DNA of 64,000 bases from contig CAVUDW010000002.1 in assembly GCA_963740355.1 (NCBI GenBank), forward strand, positions 64,001 to 128,000. The letters run 5' to 3'. The stretch comes from an uncultured Gemmatimonadaceae bacterium. GTDB lineage: Bacteria; Gemmatimonadota; Gemmatimonadetes; Gemmatimonadales; Gemmatimonadaceae. Positions 1-10,026 of the stretch are shown in pieces. A model generated the notes under the pieces. It was not told the DNA's origin. It made no database searches and worked only from the letters and a program-made list of their open reading frames with translations. Numbering within the stretch: position 1 is the stretch's first letter; the number at the start of each line of letters is the position of its first letter. The translations under genes were made by a program, and so were the position numbers.

Positions 1-775
1 TGCCGTCCGCGAGAAGCAGCGAGAGGCCGGCGGCGCTGGCGACCATGCCCTTCATCCCCAGTCCGGCTTCCGTGAGGCCGACATGCAGCGGGTAGTCGCA
101 ACGCGCCGCGAGCTTGCGATACACATCGACGAGGTCCGGCACCAGCGAGACCTTCGCCGAGATCACGATCTTGTCATGCGCGAGTCCGACTTCCTCGGCC
201 AACGCGGCGGAGCGAAGCGCACTCTCCAGCATCGCCTCGACGTACACGTTGTGGGCCGTGTCGGGCGTCGGCAGTGCGGCATTGGCGTCCATCATCTGCG
301 TCAGCAGGTCCTGGTCGAGCGAACCCCAGTTGACCCCGATCCGGACCGGCTTGTCGTTGTCGACGGCGATCTGCACGATGGAGCGGAAGTTCTCATCGCG
401 TCGCTTGCCGCCGACGTTGCCGGGATTGATGCGGTACTTGGCCAGCGCCCGCGCGCAGTCTGGGTACTTCGCCAGCAGCAGGTGACCGTTGTAGTGGAAG
501 TCACCGACGATCGGGACGGTGACGCCGAGGTCCGTGAGTCGCTGGACGATTTCGGAGACCGCGGCGGCCGAGGCCTCGTTGTTGACCGTCACCCGCACGA
601 TCTGCGAGCCGGCCCGCGCCAGTGAGGCGACCTGTGCGACCGTACCCGGCACGTCCGCCGTGTCGGTGTTGGTCATCGACTGGACCACGACCGGGTGGGC
701 GCTGCCGAGCGGGACAGACCCGATCATCGCCGTCACGGTCTGGCGGCGGGGGCGGAACACGGAGGGAATGCTCAC
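1..775 (-). CDS. ispG: (E)-4-hydroxy-3-methylbut-2-enyl-diphosphate synthase, 5' part; runs off the window start
   Basis: Manual minus-strand translation from GTG at 775 gives [29 protein letters not shown] and [10 protein letters not shown], which are IspG motifs. Not in the ORF track because the stop is outside the window. Confidence 0.95.
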   Translation of the reverse strand, partial: MSIPSVFRPRRQTVTAMIGSVPLGSAHPVVVQSMTNTDTADVPGTVAQVASLARAGSQIVRVTVNNEASAAAVSEIVQRLTDLGVTVPIVGDFHYNGHLLLAKYPDCARALAKYRINPGNVGGKRRDENFRSIVQIAVDNDKPVRIGVNWGSLDQDLLTQMMDANAALPTPDTAHNVYVEAMLESALRSAALAEEVGLAHDKIVISAKVSLVPDLVDVYRKLAARCDYPLHVGLTEAGLGMKGMVASAAGLSLLLADG

Positions 776-998
776 AGCACGAAGGTTCGGGGGGCGGGTC
801 GAGCGATCAGGTCGAGCGATCAGCTCCAGCAATCTGGCCGAGCGGTGCGGCCAGCGATCTGAAGGAGAATCTAGTTGAGGCGGGAGACCGTATCAGCCAC
901 CATGGCGATGGAGATCATCGCCCGGGGTTGTGGCAGGCCCTTGGGTACGCCGACATTGCCTGCTGCCCGCGTTATACCAACTGTGACAGAGAGTCATC

Positions 999-1580
999 AT
1001 GGCCAAAGAGCCGAGCCGCACGTATACCGCCCCATCCGTTGACGGTGGGTCACCCCTGACCAACGCGCCGAAGCCGAAGGGCAAGGGCAAGTGGAAGATC
1101 ACCGCGGTGCTGTTCCTGGTCGTCCTGCCCCTGGCGGCCTTCGCGCTCTGGGTCACGATCGCGCTCAGCTATTCGTACGCCAGCGGCGAGCGGTCCGGCT
1201 TCGTGCAGAAGCTTTCCAAGAAGGGCTGGATCTGCAAGACGCAGGAAGGGGAACTGGCGCTGGCCAATGGTCCGAACGTGATGCCGGAGATTTTCCGTTT
1301 CACGGTGCGTGACGACAGCGTTGCGCAGCAGATCAGCGCGCTGGCCGGCAAGCAGGTGAAGCTCACCTACGACCAGCACAAGGGATTGCCGACGACCTGT
1401 TTTGGCGAGACCGAGTACTTCGTGAAGAGTGTGGAAGGCATCGGCGCGCAGGCGCCGGCCGGGAGTGGCGTGGTGACACCGACGGCCGCACCGACCACCG
1501 TTGCCCCGACAACGACGCCGGTCGCGGTCCCTGCGACCACGCCGGTCGTCACGCCGGCTCCAGTGCCGACCAAGCCCTGA
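999..1580 (+). CDS. Conserved hypothetical membrane-anchored protein with Pro/Thr/Ala-rich C-terminal tail
   Basis: One TM segment, then GERSGFVQKLSKKGWICKTQEGEL...FTVRDD...CFGETEYFV; low-complexity tail. Confidence 0.75.
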   Translation: MAKEPSRTYTAPSVDGGSPLTNAPKPKGKGKWKITAVLFLVVLPLAAFALWVTIALSYSYASGERSGFVQKLSKKGWICKTQEGELALANGPNVMPEIFRFTVRDDSVAQQISALAGKQVKLTYDQHKGLPTTCFGETEYFVKSVEGIGAQAPAGSGVVTPTAAPTTVAPTTTPVAVPATTPVVTPAPVPTKP

Positions 1581-2879
1581 TGTCGAAGTCTGATCCAACG
1601 CTGGTCGTTGGAGGTGGGATCGCGGGATTGATGTGTGCTCGTGCACTGACGCGCGCCGGTGTGCCGGTGCTGTTGTTGGAGCGCGACGTCGAAGTGGGAG
1701 GCCGGGTGCGCACCACGGTGCGTAACGGCTTTCAGCTCGATCACGGCTTTCAGGTGCTCTTCAGTGCCTACCCGACGCTCACGGCAGCATTGGACCTGCC
1801 GGCACTGCAGCTGCGTGAATTCCTCCCGGCGGCACGTATCGCTGCCGGCGGAGTGGCGACGGCACTGATCGGCGACGCGCTCGCCGACCTGTCACTGTTG
1901 ATCCCGACACTCCTCGCCCCGCAGCTGTCGTTGCTGGACAAGGTGCGCATGCTGCGCCTGCGGTATCTGGCGACGTCCTTGTCATTCGACGACTGCTTCG
2001 CGGCGCGCTACGACAGCCTGTCGACACGCGAGTTCCTGCAGTCGCGTGGATTCAGTGCGCAAGGCAATCAGGAATTTCTTCGCGCCATTTTACGGCGGCA
2101 TTCTGCTCGATCGCTCACTCGAGTCGTCGGCGTCCGTGCTGTTGTACACGTTCAAGATGCTGGCCGAAGGGCACACGGCCGTGCCCGCAGCCGGCATGGG
2201 AGCAATCCCGAAGCAGCTTGCCGATGCACTGCCGGCGGGCACGATACGTACCGGTGTGACGGTCACACGGCTGCTGCGGAATGCGGAGGGCGTCGTGCAC
2301 GGCGTCGTGCTGGATGATGGCACGGAGATCAACGCGGCGAATGTCGTGCTGGCGTGTGATCCGCCCACGATCGCCGCGCTCGCGAGCACCGTGCAGGTGG
2401 TGGTGGAGGTTCCGGCCTCGAGCCTTGGATGCACGACGGTCTACCTGCGCTCGAAGCTTCCACTGCTGGACGGTGATGCACTGTGGCTGAATGCCTCCGC
2501 CGATGCGACGGTGAGTCATGCCGTGACGATCAGCAACGTGGCGCCGTCGTACGCGCCACGGGGCGAGGCGCTGACGGCTGCGACAGTGCTGGGTGCGGCA
2601 GCCACGCTCGATGATGCCGAGCTCATCCCGCGCGTTCGCGCCGATCTGGCGTTGATGGGCGAGCGACCGGAGTGCGCATCAGCGGAACTTCTCGCGATAT
2701 GGCGTGTCCCGTACTCACAGTATGCCCAACCTGCGGGCACGGTCGAACGCCGCGTTGCAGCCGTCACCGCGGCGGCTGGCCTGTTCATTGCTTCAGAAGC
2801 AGGGCATACGAGTTCGCTGGAGGGCGCCGCACGAGGGGGACTGGTGGCTGCCCAAGCCGTGATGCGGAGCAACACCTAG
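1580..2879 (+). pseudogene. FAD-dependent oxidoreductase (amine oxidase/phytoene desaturase-like), frameshifted near 2060; pseudogene or sequencing error
   Basis: ORF 1580 has GGGIAG...VGGRVRT...DHGFQVL. Family-like sequence continues in the frame of ORF 2046 (IRNFFAPFYGGI...SSLEGAARGG). Confidence 0.75.
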
Positions 2880-2970
2880 CGTAGTTCCGGGGTGTTTGTG
2901 GCCTCACGGTGGCTGTGCTCGTCTGTACGACGCACGGTCGCGCGTGCGATAACCCCAAACACCTGAGTCT

Positions 2971-3531
2971 ATGTCAACATTTCGCAGTGCACTTGCTGGT
3001 GTCGGTGTCGCCTTGGCCGTTGCGGCTGCCCCTGCCCAGGGACAGGTCGCATTCGGCATCGCCGCCGGTGCCACGATTCCGTCTGCCTCGCTCAACGACC
3101 GGTCCAATCTCGGCTACAACGGCCTGGCCACGCTGCAGCTTGGCGTTCCGATGTTTCCGCTCCAGTTCCGCGCTGACCTGCAGTACAACAGCTTCGGCGG
3201 AAAGGACTTCGGCAACGCGGTGACCAACGCGTTCAATCAGGCTGACACGCGCGTGATCGGTGGTTCGATCAACGCCGTGCTGAACCTGTTGCCTGGCCCG
3301 ATCAAGCCGTATGTCATTGGCGGTGTCGGCTACTACGACACCAAGCTTCAGGGCACCGAAAGCACGCGCAAGGTCGGCTACAACTACGGTGGCGGCGTGA
3401 AGTTCGGCCTCACTGGCGCGAGCATCTTCGTCGAAGCCCGCATGCACCAGATCAACGATGCCACGTTCGACGTCGGTGGCGGTCGCACCACGGCGAAGTT
3501 CATCCCGGTGACTGTCGGTATCATGTTCTAG
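2971..3531 (+). CDS. Outer-membrane beta-barrel protein (8-stranded porin/OmpA-TM-like)
   Basis: Signal peptide, amphipathic strands, KPYVIGGVG, C-terminal Phe. Confidence 0.85.
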   Translation: MSTFRSALAGVGVALAVAAAPAQGQVAFGIAAGATIPSASLNDRSNLGYNGLATLQLGVPMFPLQFRADLQYNSFGGKDFGNAVTNAFNQADTRVIGGSINAVLNLLPGPIKPYVIGGVGYYDTKLQGTESTRKVGYNYGGGVKFGLTGASIFVEARMHQINDATFDVGGGRTTAKFIPVTVGIMF

Positions 3532-3565
3532 TGGGTCGGCTCGGTCTGTCCTGACGGACTGAGAA

Positions 3566-3609
3566 ACACGAAGGGGCCGGTCGCAGCAATGCGACCGGCC
3601 CCTTCGTGT
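3566..3609. terminator. Probable bidirectional intrinsic terminator
   Basis: Perfect 20-bp stem acacgaaggggccggtcgca/tgcgaccggccccttcgtgt between convergent genes. Confidence 0.8.
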
Positions 3610-3634
3610 GTGTGCTGTCGCGAGCTGGACCGGC

Positions 3635-5023
3635 CTACGCTGTTTGCAACGCAGCGTGCGCGGCCACCAGTTGCTCCTTCACTGCGCTGACTGCCGTGCC
3701 ACCTGGCACGGAACGACGATCCACACTGGCCTGCGCCGACAAGGCATCCAGCACGTCATCGCCGAAGACGGCGTGCGCTGCCTTGAACGCCGACAGCGGA
3801 AGCTCGTGCAACTCGATCCGTGCCTCTTCCGCCTGCCGCACCAGTGAACCGACCGCCGAGTGTGACTCGCGAAAGGTCACACCGCGCAACACCAGATAGT
3901 CGGCCAGGTCGGTGGCCATCATCACCGAGGTCACGGCCGCGCGCATGCGATCGGTGCGGAAGGTGAGTTCATCCACTGCGCCGGCCACCGCCGGCAGCAC
4001 CAGCGCCATCACATCGACGGCGTCGAACAACGCACGCTTGTCGTCCTGCAGGTCCTTGTTGTAGCCACTCGGCAAGCCCTTCAGCGCCATCACCATCGAG
4101 GTGAGATCGGAGAAGACACGTGCGGCACTGCCACGCGTGAGCTCGAGCGCATCGGGATTGCGCTTCTGCGGCATCATGCTCGAACCGGTCGAGAAGGCGT
4201 CGCCGAACTGCACGAAGCCGAACTCGCTCGAACCGAACAGGATCAGGTCTTCGGCCAGTCGCGAGAGATGCGTGGCGGTCATCGTCATCGCATACAACGC
4301 GTCGGTGACGAAGTCGCGATCGCCAACGGCATCGATGCTGTTGGGAGAGAGGGCGGCAAAGCCCAGCTCCTTCTGCAGCAATTCGCGTGGGATCGGGAAC
4401 GCCGTGCCGGCAATCGCACCGGAGCCCAGCGGCAACACACTCGCGGTCCGCATCGCATCGGCGAGACGCTGCCGATCGCGAGACAGCGGCCAGAAGTGCG
4501 ACATCAACCAGTGCGCCAAGGTCACCGGCTGCGCACGCTGCAGGTGCGTGTACGCTGGCAACAAGTCGTCCTGATGCAACTCGGCATGCTTCAGCAGCAC
4601 CCGCTGCATTTCACGAATACCGAGGTCGAGCTGGCCGATGGCATCCATCGTCCAGAGACGGGCGCCGGTGGCCACCTGATCATTCCGGCTGCGACCGGTG
4701 TGCAGCTTCGATGCGAGGTCGCCGATGTGTGTGTGCAGCAACCGATCGACCATGGTGTGCACATCTTCATCACTCGGCAGCGGCTGCGCGCCGGCCACGA
4801 AATCATCCGCCACCGCGGCCAGCCCTGCATCCATCCGCGCCCCTTCATCCGCGGTCAGGATCTGCCCCTGCACCAAGCCCTTGGCCCAGGCGCGCGAGAG
4901 CTGGATGTCGAACGGCCAGAGACGGAAATCGACCGTGATCGAGCGGTTCACTGCATCGAGGATCGCAGAGGGGCCGCCGGCAAAGCGGCCCCCCCACAAC
5001 TTGTGCGTCGTTCCTTCACTCAC
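3635..5023 (-). CDS. argH: Argininosuccinate lyase
   Basis: LWGGRF, HTGRSRNDQVAT, GSSMMPQKRNPD; GTG start at 5023 just after the argG stop. Confidence 0.97.
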   Translation of the reverse strand: MSEGTTHKLWGGRFAGGPSAILDAVNRSITVDFRLWPFDIQLSRAWAKGLVQGQILTADEGARMDAGLAAVADDFVAGAQPLPSDEDVHTMVDRLLHTHIGDLASKLHTGRSRNDQVATGARLWTMDAIGQLDLGIREMQRVLLKHAELHQDDLLPAYTHLQRAQPVTLAHWLMSHFWPLSRDRQRLADAMRTASVLPLGSGAIAGTAFPIPRELLQKELGFAALSPNSIDAVGDRDFVTDALYAMTMTATHLSRLAEDLILFGSSEFGFVQFGDAFSTGSSMMPQKRNPDALELTRGSAARVFSDLTSMVMALKGLPSGYNKDLQDDKRALFDAVDVMALVLPAVAGAVDELTFRTDRMRAAVTSVMMATDLADYLVLRGVTFRESHSAVGSLVRQAEEARIELHELPLSAFKAAHAVFGDDVLDALSAQASVDRRSVPGGTAVSAVKEQLVAAHAALQTA

Positions 5024-5024
5024 C

Positions 5025-6299
5025 TCAGGCGTCCGCAGTCGACGGCGTATTCGTCGGCGTCGATTCCGTTGCGTCGGCCGTGCCCCACCGCGGCAGATAG
5101 CCCATCTCGGCATCCTTCAGCGCACGCACGCGGTACGGCAAGCCGTAGAGGCGGATGAAGCCGCCGGCATCGGCCTGCTGGTACACGTTGTCCTCACCGA
5201 ACGTGACGAACCGCTCGTCGTAGATCGCATGTGCGCTCTGGCGACCGGCGACGATCACGTTGCCCTTGTACAGCTTGAGCTTCACGGTGCCGGTGATGCG
5301 CTCCTGCGTGACGTTCACGAACGCGTCATAGGCCTCGCGCTCGGTGGTCCACCAGCGGCCTTCGTACACGAGGTCTGCGTAACGGGGCGCGATCAGGTCC
5401 TTGGCCGCCAGGGTGCGGCGATCGAGGATCAGCTGCTCGAGCTCCGAATGGGCAGCGTACATCAGCGTGCCACCCGGCGTCTCGTACACACCGCGGCTCT
5501 TCATGCCGACGAGGCGATCCTCGACGAGGTCGATGCGGCCGACGCCGTTGCGGGAACCGATCTTGTTCAGCTCCGTGAGCAGGTCGAACGGACCGAGCTT
5601 CTCGCCGTTGACGCTGATCGGGGTGCCACCCTCGAAACCGATGGTGACGTATTCCGCCTTGTCAGGCGCGGCTTCCGGGGACTTGGTGAGCACGAACATG
5701 TCCTCGACCGGCTCCCAGTTCGGATCCTCGAGCCCGCCCCCTTCGTGCGACAGGTGGAAGAGGTTTGCATCGCGCGAGTAGATCTTCTCGACCGTGGCCA
5801 CGATCGGGACGTTCTTCGCCTTGGCGTAGGCGATCGCGTCCTCGCGGCTGCGGATGTCCCAGATACGCCACGGCGCGATCACCTCGAGATCCGGGGCGAA
5901 CGTCATGTACGTGAGTTCGAAGCGCACCTGGTCATTGCCCTTGCCGGTGCAGCCATGGGCGAGGGCGTCGGCGCCATACTGGCGCGCCACCTCGACCTGT
6001 GAGCGGGCAATCAGCGGGCGGGCGATGGAGGTACCGAGCAGGTACTTGCGATTGTAGATCGCGCCGGCGCGCAGCATCGGGAAGATGAAGTCGCGCACGA
6101 ATTCTTCCTTCAGGTCCACCACCACGCAGTCTTCCGCGCCGGACGCGATGGCTTTCTCGCGCACGCCGCCCAGATCGTCCTGCCCGATGTCGGCAGCGAC
6201 ACAGATGACGCGTGATCCCGGGTAGTGCTCCTTGAGCCACGGGACGATGATCGACGTATCGAGACCGCCCGAGTAGGCGAGGGCGATGGTGTGGGCCAT
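5025..6299 (-). CDS. argG: Argininosuccinate synthase
   Basis: LAYSGGLDTS, HGCTGKGNDQVRF, SRGVYETPGGT; GGAG RBS before ATG 6299. Confidence 0.98.
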   Translation of the reverse strand: MAHTIALAYSGGLDTSIIVPWLKEHYPGSRVICVAADIGQDDLGGVREKAIASGAEDCVVVDLKEEFVRDFIFPMLRAGAIYNRKYLLGTSIARPLIARSQVEVARQYGADALAHGCTGKGNDQVRFELTYMTFAPDLEVIAPWRIWDIRSREDAIAYAKAKNVPIVATVEKIYSRDANLFHLSHEGGGLEDPNWEPVEDMFVLTKSPEAAPDKAEYVTIGFEGGTPISVNGEKLGPFDLLTELNKIGSRNGVGRIDLVEDRLVGMKSRGVYETPGGTLMYAAHSELEQLILDRRTLAAKDLIAPRYADLVYEGRWWTTEREAYDAFVNVTQERITGTVKLKLYKGNVIVAGRQSAHAIYDERFVTFGEDNVYQQADAGGFIRLYGLPYRVRALKDAEMGYLPRWGTADATESTPTNTPSTADA

Positions 6300-6311
6300 A
6301 TCGAACTCCAA

Positions 6312-6350
6312 AGTGAAATTTTATGCAGAATCAGTGCATAACTTCGCAAA
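6312..6350. promoter_or_regulatory. Tandem ARG boxes (ArgR operator) upstream of argG
   Basis: agtgaaattttatgcaga (6312-6329), 3-bp spacer, agtgcataacttcgcaaa (6333-6350); AT-rich patch matching nnTGAATnnnnATTCAnn pair geometry. Confidence 0.8.
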
Positions 6351-6384
6351 AACGGCGTCGTGAAACAAGGGTCGTGCTGGTGGA

Positions 6385-6855
6385 TCAGCCCCGCTCGCCA
6401 GCGAGGGTCGAGAGGCGGCGCATGACGCGGGTGCGGGCTTCCACCGAGCGGCAGACGAGGAGGATCGTGTCGTCGCCCGCGATGGTACCCAGCACGTCGG
6501 GCCACGCTTCGCTGTCGATGGCGGCCGCGACCGGCTGCGCGCCGCCGGTGACGGTGTGCAGCACCACCAGTTCGCCGGTGCCATCGACCTTGTCGAACAG
6601 CTGCGGCAGCAGGTGGTCGAGCGCCCCACGGTCGTCCTCGGCGGTGGCCACGCCGCCGTCGGCGAATGCATACCGGACACCATCCCCGGTCGGGATCCGG
6701 GCCAGGCGCAGCTCATGGAGATCGCGCGAGAGCGTGGACTGGGTGACATCCCAGCCGCGCTGCCGGAGCAACTTCCGCAGCTCGTCCTGACTCTGGACCG
6801 CCCGGGTTTCGACGATCTCGTGGATCGCGAGGTGCCGCTCGCGTTTATTCGCCAT
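6385..6855 (-). CDS. argR: Arginine repressor
   Basis: SQDEL...VTQSTLSRDLHEL and GTIAGDDT. Confidence 0.96.
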   Translation of the reverse strand: MANKRERHLAIHEIVETRAVQSQDELRKLLRQRGWDVTQSTLSRDLHELRLARIPTGDGVRYAFADGGVATAEDDRGALDHLLPQLFDKVDGTGELVVLHTVTGGAQPVAAAIDSEAWPDVLGTIAGDDTILLVCRSVEARTRVMRRLSTLAGERG

Positions 6856-6910
6856 CAGCCGAACGCTCGGTACCGGGAGGAACGACCCGCGCCCGTCGCG
6901 TCACCGGCCA

Positions 6911-6962
6911 TTGACGGAGGGGCAATGAAAGAATATGCATTCAATATGCATAAACTCCCTGT
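6911..6962 (+). promoter_or_regulatory. argC promoter (TTGACG -35) overlapped by tandem ARG boxes
   Basis: TTGACG at 6911-6916; aatgaaagaatatgcatt (6924-6941), 3-bp spacer, tatgcataaactccctgt (6945-6962, half match). Confidence 0.65.
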
Positions 6963-7920
6963 CGGCGTGCTAGGGGCCAGTGGATATGCGGGGCAGGAGC
7001 TCTGCATGCTGGCTGAACGTCACCCGCACTTCGAACTCGTGTTCGCGGCCGCGCACTCGCGCGCTGGGGAGACGCTGCACCTGTCGGGGCGGGATCTGAC
7101 CATGGCCGCCGTGGACAGTGTCACGCTGAGCGACGCCGCCGTGATCTTCTCGGCGCTGCCGCATGGGGCGTCGGCGCAGTGGGTGACGAAGGCGCAGCAA
7201 GCCGGCGCGAAAGTGATCGATCTCTCCGCAGACCTGCGCCCCGGTCAGCCGGAAGTGGCGATCGCCGATCTCGATGCGCCGTACGGGCTGCCGGAGCTCA
7301 ATCGTGATGAGATCCGCACCGCACAGGTCGTCGCAAATCCTGGGTGTTATCCGACCGCCACGTTGCTGGGCCTGATGCCCTTGGTCGCGCGCGACCTGTT
7401 GCTGCCCGGTGCCCCCGTGGTGGTGGATGCCGCCAGCGGCGTGACGGGCGCAGGCAACTCGCCGCGCCCTGATCTGTTGTTCGGCGAAGTGACCGAGGAT
7501 TTCCGTGCCTACGGCGTGGGGAACACGCATCGCCATCTGTATGAGATGCGCGCCACGCTCGATGCCTGCGGCGCCGACCTCGACCTGTTGTTCACACCGC
7601 ACCTGTTGCCGGTGGCTCGCGGAATCCTCGCCACGATCACGGTCACGTTGCGTGAGCCGCTCAGCGATCCGAACGCGCTCTACCGGACCTACTACGCGGT
7701 CGAGCCGTTCGTCGACGTGTCGTCGGCGCCGCCACGGTTACGCGATGTGGTGCACACCAACATGGCGCGCATCTTCGCCGTGCCGGTCGCCCATGCCCGT
7801 CAGCCGATGCTGCAGGTGTTCGTGGCGATCGACAACCTGGTGAAGGGTGCCGCTGGCCAGGCGATCCAGAATGCGAACCTGCTCTGTGACTTCGACGAAG
7901 TGGCGGGGCTGCAGCGGTGA
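6946..7920 (+). CDS. argC: N-acetyl-gamma-glutamyl-phosphate reductase
   Basis: GASGYAG, ALPHG, DLSADLR, VANPGCYPT, IDNLVKGAAGQAIQN. Confidence 0.96.
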   Translation: MHKLPVGVLGASGYAGQELCMLAERHPHFELVFAAAHSRAGETLHLSGRDLTMAAVDSVTLSDAAVIFSALPHGASAQWVTKAQQAGAKVIDLSADLRPGQPEVAIADLDAPYGLPELNRDEIRTAQVVANPGCYPTATLLGLMPLVARDLLLPGAPVVVDAASGVTGAGNSPRPDLLFGEVTEDFRAYGVGNTHRHLYEMRATLDACGADLDLLFTPHLLPVARGILATITVTLREPLSDPNALYRTYYAVEPFVDVSSAPPRLRDVVHTNMARIFAVPVAHARQPMLQVFVAIDNLVKGAAGQAIQNANLLCDFDEVAGLQR

Positions 7921-8678
7921 TGCGTGTGATCAAGCTCGGCGGACGTGTGCAGTCGGATCCGGCGCTGCCGACGGTGCTGGCGCGCGCCTGGGCCGACTCG
8001 GCGGCACTGGTGGTGGTGCACGGCGGCGGCGATGAAGTGTCGGCTTTGCAGAAGGCCTTTGGACGTGTGTCTCAGTTCGTCGATGGTCGTCGTGTGACGG
8101 CGATGGAGGACCTCGACCTGTTGCGCATGGCCCTCTCCGGCAGCGCAAACCAGCGACTGGTGGCAGCGCTGGTGGGCGCTGGTGTGCCAGCCGTCGGCCT
8201 GTCGGGCGAAGATGCGGGGATGCTGACGGCCGTTGCCGAATCGCGGGCGACGATGGGGGAAGTGGGCACGCCAGACGGGGTCAATCCCACACTGGTGCGG
8301 CACCTGCTGGCGGGTGGCTTCTGCCCGGTGATCTCACCGCTGGCGCGCGATCGCGATTCGCGTGGTGGTGGTGTGCTGAACGTGAATGGTGACGATGCGG
8401 CGGCAGCGATCGCCGTCGCGCTGCAGGCGTCGGAACTGTTGCTGATCAGTGATGTCGAAGGGGTACTGATGGACGGTGTCGCGGTGGCACAGTTGGACGC
8501 CGATGCGGCGCGCGAGGCGATTCGCAGTGGCGTGGCTCGTGGTGGGATGGCGGCAAAGCTCGAGGCGGCGCTCGGTGCGTTGACCCGAGGTGTGGCGCGT
8601 GTGCGGATCGGCGCCTTGAGCGCGCTGACCGACGACGCGCGTGGGACGGTGATCACCCTTGCTGGAGCGTCGGTATGA
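7917..8678 (+). CDS. argB: Acetylglutamate kinase
   Basis: VIKLGG, VVHGGG, LNVNGD, GGMAAK; GTGA overlap with argC. Confidence 0.93.
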   Translation: MMRVIKLGGRVQSDPALPTVLARAWADSAALVVVHGGGDEVSALQKAFGRVSQFVDGRRVTAMEDLDLLRMALSGSANQRLVAALVGAGVPAVGLSGEDAGMLTAVAESRATMGEVGTPDGVNPTLVRHLLAGGFCPVISPLARDRDSRGGGVLNVNGDDAAAAIAVALQASELLLISDVEGVLMDGVAVAQLDADAAREAIRSGVARGGMAAKLEAALGALTRGVARVRIGALSALTDDARGTVITLAGASV

Positions 8679-9946
8679 ATGCGGCCGTGATGTCCCCTGT
8701 TGCGCCCTCACCGGTCGAGACACCGGCCCCGGTGGCGGCAGCACCTGTATCCGTTGCGTCGACGGTGCCGAGCAGCATTGCCTACACGTACAAGCGCTTC
8801 CCGCTCACCATCGTGCGCGGTGAGGGTGTCACGCTGTTCGACGACAAGGGGAACGCCTATCTCGACTGCATGTCGGGCATTGCAACCAACGCCTTGGGCT
8901 ACAACGATGCCGGTGTCAACACGGCCATCGCCGAGGCATTGTCGACTGGCCTGATTCATCTGTCGAACCTCGTCTCGAACGAGCCGGCGGAACGCCTCGC
9001 CCATTTCCTCACGTCGCGCACCTTTGCGGACAAGGTGTTCTTCTGCAACTCCGGTGTGGAGGCCGTGGAAGGCGCGTTCAAGTTTGCGCGTCGATGGGGC
9101 CGCTCGATCAATCCCGAAGGTGTGAAGCACGAGATCGTGGCCGTGCGCGGCAGCTTTCACGGTCGGCTGTTCGCGTCGGTGGCTGCGACCGATCGCGCCG
9201 CCTATCGCATGCCGTTCCGCCCGCTGACGCCCGGCATCAGCATTGCCGAGCGCGATCTCGACGAGTTGGCGAGCGCATTGTCGGCAGAGACGACGGCTGC
9301 GCTGATCATCGAGCCGGTGCAGGGTGAAGGTGGTGTGCGACCGATGGACCACGGCTTCCTGCGCGAATTGCGGGCGTTGACGCGCGAGCGAAACATCCTG
9401 CTGATCCTCGACGAAATTCAGTGTGGCATGGGCCGCACGGGCTGTTTCCTGGCGCACGAGGCGGTGGGGATCAAGCCGGACATCGTCACGCTCGCGAAGC
9501 CGATCGCAGGTGGGCTGCCGATGGGCGCGATCCTGCTGACGAAGGAAGTGGCCAGCGCGCTGCAGCCCGGTGAACATGGCACGACGTTTGGCGGCGGTCC
9601 GCTGGTGACACATGTCGCGCACCACGTCTGCGAACGCATTGCCGACCCGGCGTTGCTGACGCGCGTGCGTGAAGACGGTGCCTGGTTTGGCGCGCAGCTG
9701 GCAGCGCTCAAGGACACCCACCCGAGCGTGCGTGCGGTGCGTGGCGTCGGCTACATGTGGGGTGTGGATGTGACGGAGCCGGCCAGCGCCGTGATCGAAC
9801 GTGCCCGCGCACAGGGGCTGCTGATCATTTCAGCGGGCGACCACACGTTGCGGATCTTGCCGCCGCTGGTCGCGACGCGCGAGGAACTGGGACGTGCGGT
9901 CGCGATGCTGGACCGTGCCCTGCGCGACGCAGCACCGGCGGTGTAA
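8675..9946 (+). CDS. argD: Acetylornithine aminotransferase (class III PLP enzyme)
   Basis: FCNSGVEAVE, EPVQGEGG, DEIQCGMGRTG, AKPIAGG, HGTTFGG; arg operon context. Confidence 0.93.
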   Translation: MNAAVMSPVAPSPVETPAPVAAAPVSVASTVPSSIAYTYKRFPLTIVRGEGVTLFDDKGNAYLDCMSGIATNALGYNDAGVNTAIAEALSTGLIHLSNLVSNEPAERLAHFLTSRTFADKVFFCNSGVEAVEGAFKFARRWGRSINPEGVKHEIVAVRGSFHGRLFASVAATDRAAYRMPFRPLTPGISIAERDLDELASALSAETTAALIIEPVQGEGGVRPMDHGFLRELRALTRERNILLILDEIQCGMGRTGCFLAHEAVGIKPDIVTLAKPIAGGLPMGAILLTKEVASALQPGEHGTTFGGGPLVTHVAHHVCERIADPALLTRVREDGAWFGAQLAALKDTHPSVRAVRGVGYMWGVDVTEPASAVIERARAQGLLIISAGDHTLRILPPLVATREELGRAVAMLDRALRDAAPAV

Positions 9947-10026
9947 CGTGCGGCTGCGGGGCGATGCGTGACGCAGTCGTAGCACCTGCGCACGCATCGC
10001 CCCGTTGTGCGTGTGTAGCTTTCGAC

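Noticed and set aside
83..625. Plus-strand ORFs at the window start
   Set aside because: Shadow frames of minus-strand ispG
4698..6002. Long antisense ORFs here and at 10081-11742, 17039-18403, 54068-55471 and 55587-56672
   Set aside because: Expected stop-poor shadows of real genes in high-GC DNA; no recognisable motifs
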